Source of the DNA: Leptospira sp.
GTDB lineage: Bacteria; Spirochaetota; Leptospiria; Leptospirales; Leptospiraceae
Length of the DNA stretch: 47,218 nucleotides
Reading direction: 5' to 3'
NCBI GenBank assembly: GCA_034439575.1
Contig: JAWXAQ010000011.1
Location: 1 to 47,218, forward strand
Under the pieces are notes generated by a model that did not search any database, was not told the DNA's origin, and worked only from the letters and a program-made list of their open reading frames with translations. The translations under genes were made by a program, and so were the position numbers. Below, one piece after another: positions 43,452-47,218 of this stretch (its first letter is position 1; every line of letters starts with the position of its first letter).

Positions 43452-43688
43452 TTGAGAAATTGTAAAAGGAAGAAAAGTATTACTTTTGGAGCAGACGAAA
43501 GGGCAATCGAAAAAGCTCGAATTAAAGCAAGTACGCAAAAAAGATCCTTAAATGACTTATTCAATGATTGGCTTCGTAGATATTCTGATTCTGAACCGAA
43601 AGGCATTGATTTAGATAGTTATTTAAAAAAATTCGAATATGTAAAAATATATAAAAAAATCACATGTGAATAAGCAAATGAAAGGTAA
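43452..43688 (+). pseudogene. Degraded RHH-type antitoxin
   Basis: KSITFGADERAIEKAR...SLNDLF motif; no ATG start; in-frame TAA at 43671 interrupts the KITCE*ANER* tail. Confidence 0.6.
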
Positions 43689-44118
43689 GGTTTTCATTGA
43701 TACATATATCTTGATTTACATCTTCTCTAGAACGGATTTAGAAAAAAAAGAAATCTCTTCAAATATCATAAAAGCATCATTCAAATCTGATAAGTTTTAC
43801 ATAAGCTACCAAGTCATCCAAGAATTTAGTAATGTTATGCTCACAAAAGGTAAACCACCAATAAAGAAAGATGATATTTCAAGTTTTATTGCTAAAATTC
43901 TTGAACCGATGTGCTCATTTTATCCATACATAGATTTTTATAAAAATGCATTAAAATTAAGAGAAAAAAATAAATTGTCTTACTATAACTCTTTAATATC
44001 ATTAGCGGTATTAGAACTTGATTGTGATTTCCTATTATCTGAAGATTTTCAGGATGGAGTTAAGATAAATAAACTCAAAGTTCTTAACCTCTTTAAAAAC
44101 AGTAATCAAAAGGTATAA
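43678..44118 (+). CDS. PIN-domain toxin, probably degenerate
   Basis: VFIDTYILIY, QVIQEF, LSYYNSLI, LLSEDFQDG; Asn at a normally acidic PIN position. Confidence 0.8.
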   Translation: MKGKVFIDTYILIYIFSRTDLEKKEISSNIIKASFKSDKFYISYQVIQEFSNVMLTKGKPPIKKDDISSFIAKILEPMCSFYPYIDFYKNALKLREKNKLSYYNSLISLAVLELDCDFLLSEDFQDGVKINKLKVLNLFKNSNQKV

Positions 44119-44142
44119 AATTCTCTTTTATAATGCAGATAC

Positions 44143-44204
44143 GTCGGCTAATACGCTCCGCTCGGGACGGTCGCCCTAGTTCGTTATGCGCCATTGCATT
44201 AAAA
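44143..44204. repeat. attC-like site 1
   Basis: CGGCTAA...CGCTCGGGA...GCCCTAGTTC-GTTATGC; direct repeat of 44780-44824. Confidence 0.6.
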
Positions 44205-44261
44205 ATATTTAATGATTTATTTTACAAGAAGAAGACCAAAAACTTTAACTAGGAGATATAA

Positions 44262-44733
44262 ATGAGGAATTCAATAATCAGAGGATTATTCCGACATTCA
44301 ATTGAATTTTGAAAATGCTATACAGAAGGACGACGGAAAAGAATTCTATATGATTAATCTTGAAACAGAAAAACTTGATCCTAATGCTAAAACATCTGAT
44401 CTTTCGTATGCAAAATTAGTTCTACCCATGCTAATCAAGAGAGGGTCTTTTCCTATTTATGTTGGTTCATTCTTTTCTACTATTATAGGGGATTTTGGAA
44501 AAGGAATTACAAGAGTAGCAATCGTGAGATATAGATCATTGCGCGATTTCCTTGATATGAATGCTGATCCAGATATGGTAAAAGGTGCCCCCTTCAAATT
44601 CGCGTCTCTTCAGCACACTGAAGTATTTGCTACAAAACCAACAATTACTTTATTAACTATTCGTACTACTTTTGCTAGTTTATTGATTTTTGTTTATTTA
44701 CTCGTTCTAAAATTATTAAAAAAGAGTAAATGA
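44262..44733 (+). pseudogene. Frameshifted DUF1330-like cassette gene
   Basis: Strong RBS (AGGAGA) and ATG at 44262 stop at 44312; the body (FYMINL, VAIVRYRS) continues in the +1 frame. Confidence 0.6.
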
Positions 44734-44754
44734 ATTTTTGTCTACCTTATCGAG

Positions 44755-44824
44755 TTTTAATGCGACGGCGCATAACGGCGGCTAACACCCTGCGCTCGGG
44801 ATTTATGCCCTAGTTCAGTTATAA
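44755..44824. repeat. attC-like site 2
   Basis: GGCGCATAAC...GCCCTAGTTCA-GTTATAA; 5' part is an inverted repeat of 44183-44204. Confidence 0.65.
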
Positions 44825-44826
44825 AT

Positions 44827-45042
44827 AAAGCCAACTCTTCTGTTGCCTTATTAAATCTAATAAGGATTAACACGGCGACCTTCGGAGGAAACAGAGCAAA
44901 ACATCTTGCAAATTGCAAACCTTGTTCCCATCTCGGGGCTGTCTCGCACTCCTGCTCGAATGCCCCCGCTTCGACATCCATGTCTCCGTTACCGATGGAA
45001 ACGAGATTTGCTAACCGAAGAAGGATCGATTAACTATATTTT
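44827..45042. repeat. Module C copy 2 (internally deleted) + module A copy 4 (44915-45011) + start of B
   Basis: AAAGCCAAC...CACGGCGACCTTCGGAGG...CTTGC joined directly to AAATTGCAAACC. Confidence 0.8.
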
Positions 45043-45411
45043 ATTTTAAATAATGGCACCACTTGCTTGTTAGTTGAATTGGCATATTTTACTTATAAAC
45101 AAGTTCTTTTACCAAATGACGGAATGCTTAATTAATGGAGGTGGTTTTGCGGGGCGTTTTATCGTATTGCGTAAAACACTCGCGAATATTATCAAATAAC
45201 CTTCATACCGTTAGCGAAGGATTTCTTATGTAAGAAGAAACAAATCTTTTGGAAAATTAGTTTCAAATTATTTATAAAATCGAAATCTAATACTTGATTT
45301 GCGGACGATCAAGGAATAAAAAATTTTAGTGTTTCGTGAAAATTTATGTATAAACGAATAAAACATCTGCCATTGTAATTTTTTCGAGGTTCAGTTAAGT
45401 CTCAAAGCTTT

Positions 45412-45996
45412 TCACTCGAATGAAAAAGAATACAAAAAGCATTTTTCTCGAAATCCATTTGGACAGCGAAACATAAAATCAACATTCCTAGATGATGTAT
45501 TCGGTTTGGAGTATCTTCCTCCGAAAAATGCAACGTTAACTTTTCTGCCATTGCCAGCAGAGGTTTCATCCATAGCTATGAATCGAATTTCTGGCGACTT
45601 TTCTAGCCAATAAGAAGGGGATTGAAAATAATTGTTCTTTTTATTTGTGCCATCTAATACAGAAATTCGCTCTTGAAGAATGTCTGAATCAAAGAATAAG
45701 TCACACAATGAGATGTTATATGTTTTCTCCTGGTGATTATTTGACTGACTGAATTCACCGGCTATTCCCTCTCCTAAACTAAAATATACTTTTTCATCTA
45801 GAACTTTCTTAATGAGATTACAATCCCTAATCTTTATAATATTGAGAAACTCATTGAATTTCTCCCCTTCACCTAACTCTTTATCGATAATAATTTGTTG
45901 AGTCTTTGGGGCACTTTGTAAATCCTGCGCATCTTTTGATTTCGAGCAAAAAGTGAAGCAGAGCATATAAATTAATGTTAAAGTTAATCGTTTCAT
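45412..45996 (-). CDS. Hypothetical lipoprotein
   Basis: MKRLTLTLIYMLCFTFC signal/lipobox, AGGA RBS. Confidence 0.75.
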   Translation of the reverse strand: MKRLTLTLIYMLCFTFCSKSKDAQDLQSAPKTQQIIIDKELGEGEKFNEFLNIIKIRDCNLIKKVLDEKVYFSLGEGIAGEFSQSNNHQEKTYNISLCDLFFDSDILQERISVLDGTNKKNNYFQSPSYWLEKSPEIRFIAMDETSAGNGRKVNVAFFGGRYSKPNTSSRNVDFMFRCPNGFREKCFLYSFSFE

Positions 45997-46164
45997 TGTT
46001 TATTTCCTATCCAGTGATCGTAAAAATCCCTAAGTAACAACTTTGTTTTTCCATGTGGCTCAAAGGACTTTATATGGTTTTAGGTCTTTCATTCAATCCA
46101 ATTTTCTTTGGTGTAGCTCCCAAAAAGGTTCCTGTTGGTAAAAATTGTTTGGCGGGGTCCTTGC

Positions 46165-46851
46165 CCGAAGAAAGATCGAATAGCTATATTTTTACTATAA
46201 AAAATAACGTCTGACAAATGTTAAATTTATGCACAATTTGTTGTTAGCCTCGAGGAAAAAAATCCCAATCTAATAAGGTGGATTTTATCGTAGTGCGTAT
46301 AAATGCCCGTACATATAAAAGCCAACTTAAATTTGGCTTTTATACACTTATAAGTTCAAACCCGGCGACCTTCGGAGGAAACGGAGCAAGACACCTTGCT
46401 CTGGTTCCAAGAAGGGGACCGCGATAGCGAGTCCCGGACTTGCCGGACACGCTTGCAAATTGCAAACCTCGTTACCATCTCGGGGCTGTCTCACACTCCT
46501 GCTCGAATGCCCCCGCTTCGCCGTCCTGGCTTCGCTTCCGATGGAAACAAGGTTTGCTTACCGAAGAAAGATCGATTAACTATATTTTAATTTAAAAAAA
46601 CGACTAACAAACATTACATTTACTTAATATTTGTTGTTAGCCTCAATGAAGAAAAATCCCATTCTTATAAGGTGGATTTTATCGTAGTGCGTATAAATGC
46701 CCGAACATAAAAAAAGCCAACTATCCAATTGGCTTTTAAACACTTATAAGTTCAAACCCGGCGACCTTCGGAGGAAACGGAGCAAGACACCTTGCTCTGG
46801 TTCCGAGAAGGGGACTGCGATAGCGAGTCCCGGACTTGCCGGACACGCTTG
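46165..46851. repeat. Tandem cargo-free units B2-C3-A5-B3-C4 (396-bp period)
   Basis: CCGAAGAAAGATCG at 46165 and 46561; CCCGGCGACC at 46361 and 46757. Confidence 0.9.
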
Positions 46852-46865
46852 CACGCTCTTCAAAC

Positions 46866-46931
46866 AAAAAAAGCGAAGTTCTGCAACCTCGCTTTCTTAA
46901 ACAATAATGACGAACCCGGCGATGTCCTACT
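46866..46931 (-). repeat. Exact 19-nt copy of the 5S rRNA 3' end with its own terminator-like hairpin
   Basis: AACCCGGCGATGTCCTACT at 46913-46931 = 47109-47127; preceded on the + strand by AAAAAAAGCGA...TCGCTTT. Confidence 0.8.
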
Positions 46932-47064
46932 TCCACCCCCACTCGCTAATCCGCTCCGCGGGCGAGTGTCCAAGCCTTGCTCCCTATGGGTCGCAAGTCT
47001 GTCAATTCGCGAACCATAGGTTTTTAGTAAATTGGGTTCGCTCAATGAATTTGATTTTGTACAT

Positions 47065-47093
47065 AAAAAAGCCAACTAGAAGTTGGCTTTTTT
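47065..47093 (-). terminator. 5S rRNA intrinsic terminator
   Basis: AAAAAAGCCAACT-AGA-AGTTGGCTTTTTT. Confidence 0.85.
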
Positions 47094-47108
47094 ACACTTA
47101 TGATTGCT

Positions 47109-47218
47109 AACCCGGCGATGTCCTACTCTCCCATTGAGCGAACCCAATAGTACCATCGGCGATGAGAAGCTTGACTTCCGTGTTCGGAATGGGAACGGGT
47201 ATTGCCTTCTCTCCATAA
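47109..47218 (-). rRNA. rrf: 5S ribosomal RNA (5' end a few nt beyond the window)
   Basis: Minus strand CCCGTTCCCATTCCGAACACGGAAGTCAAG...CGCCGATGGTAC...GAGAGTAGGACATCGCCGGG. Confidence 0.97.

Larger units (their letters stand above)
41611..47110. mobile_element. Repeat-delimited cassette array between the integrase and 5S rRNA
   Basis: Recurrent modules A, B and C interleaved with small cargo genes. Confidence 0.6.

Noticed and set aside
41611-46931. CRISPR array
   Set aside because: Repeats are about 100-400 bp, irregularly spaced and separated by whole genes; no cas genes in the window.
46913-47047. Second complete 5S rRNA gene or a tRNA
   Set aside because: Only 19-nt and 17-nt fragments match 5S; no cloverleaf or T-loop consensus seen.
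46396-47110. Short ORFs sharing LWFREGDxDSESRTCRTRL (and 44757-44981)
   Set aside because: The similarity comes from the DNA repeat; starts, stops and frames differ between copies.

Overview
AT-rich bacterial chromosome segment, most consistent with Leptospira (inferred from protein character, lipoprotein signals and gene families; species not determined). Bases 1-40.2 kb are mostly housekeeping or semi-accessory genes. They include the carA 3' part, an MBOAT/SGNH acylation pair, a GAF protein, a large acidic repeat protein and the F0F1 ATP synthase operon. The atpZ-like first gene of that operon is separated from the rest by an ilvB / gpx / ohrR block, and ilvB has a Leu/Val-rich leader peptide. 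Also present are lepB, a MaoC hydratase, an astacin protease, gapN, an HDAC-family protein and two tandem lipase + lipase-foldase pairs. Bases 40.7-47.2 kb are the highlight. An intact tyrosine recombinase lacking the IntI insertion is followed by an array of small cargo genes (two VapBC-type TA pairs, a frameshifted gene and a lipoprotein). These are separated by composite repeat modules (about 396-bp unit) and end at a 5S rRNA gene. The modules contain five extra copies of the 5S rRNA 3' end plus terminator, and five 96-97-bp foldback elements with covarying, shuffled stems. At least one cargo gene has attC-like GTT.../...AAC inverted ends. This looks like an integron-like cassette array anchored on the 5S rRNA 3' end. 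No database searches were run, so novelty is unverified.
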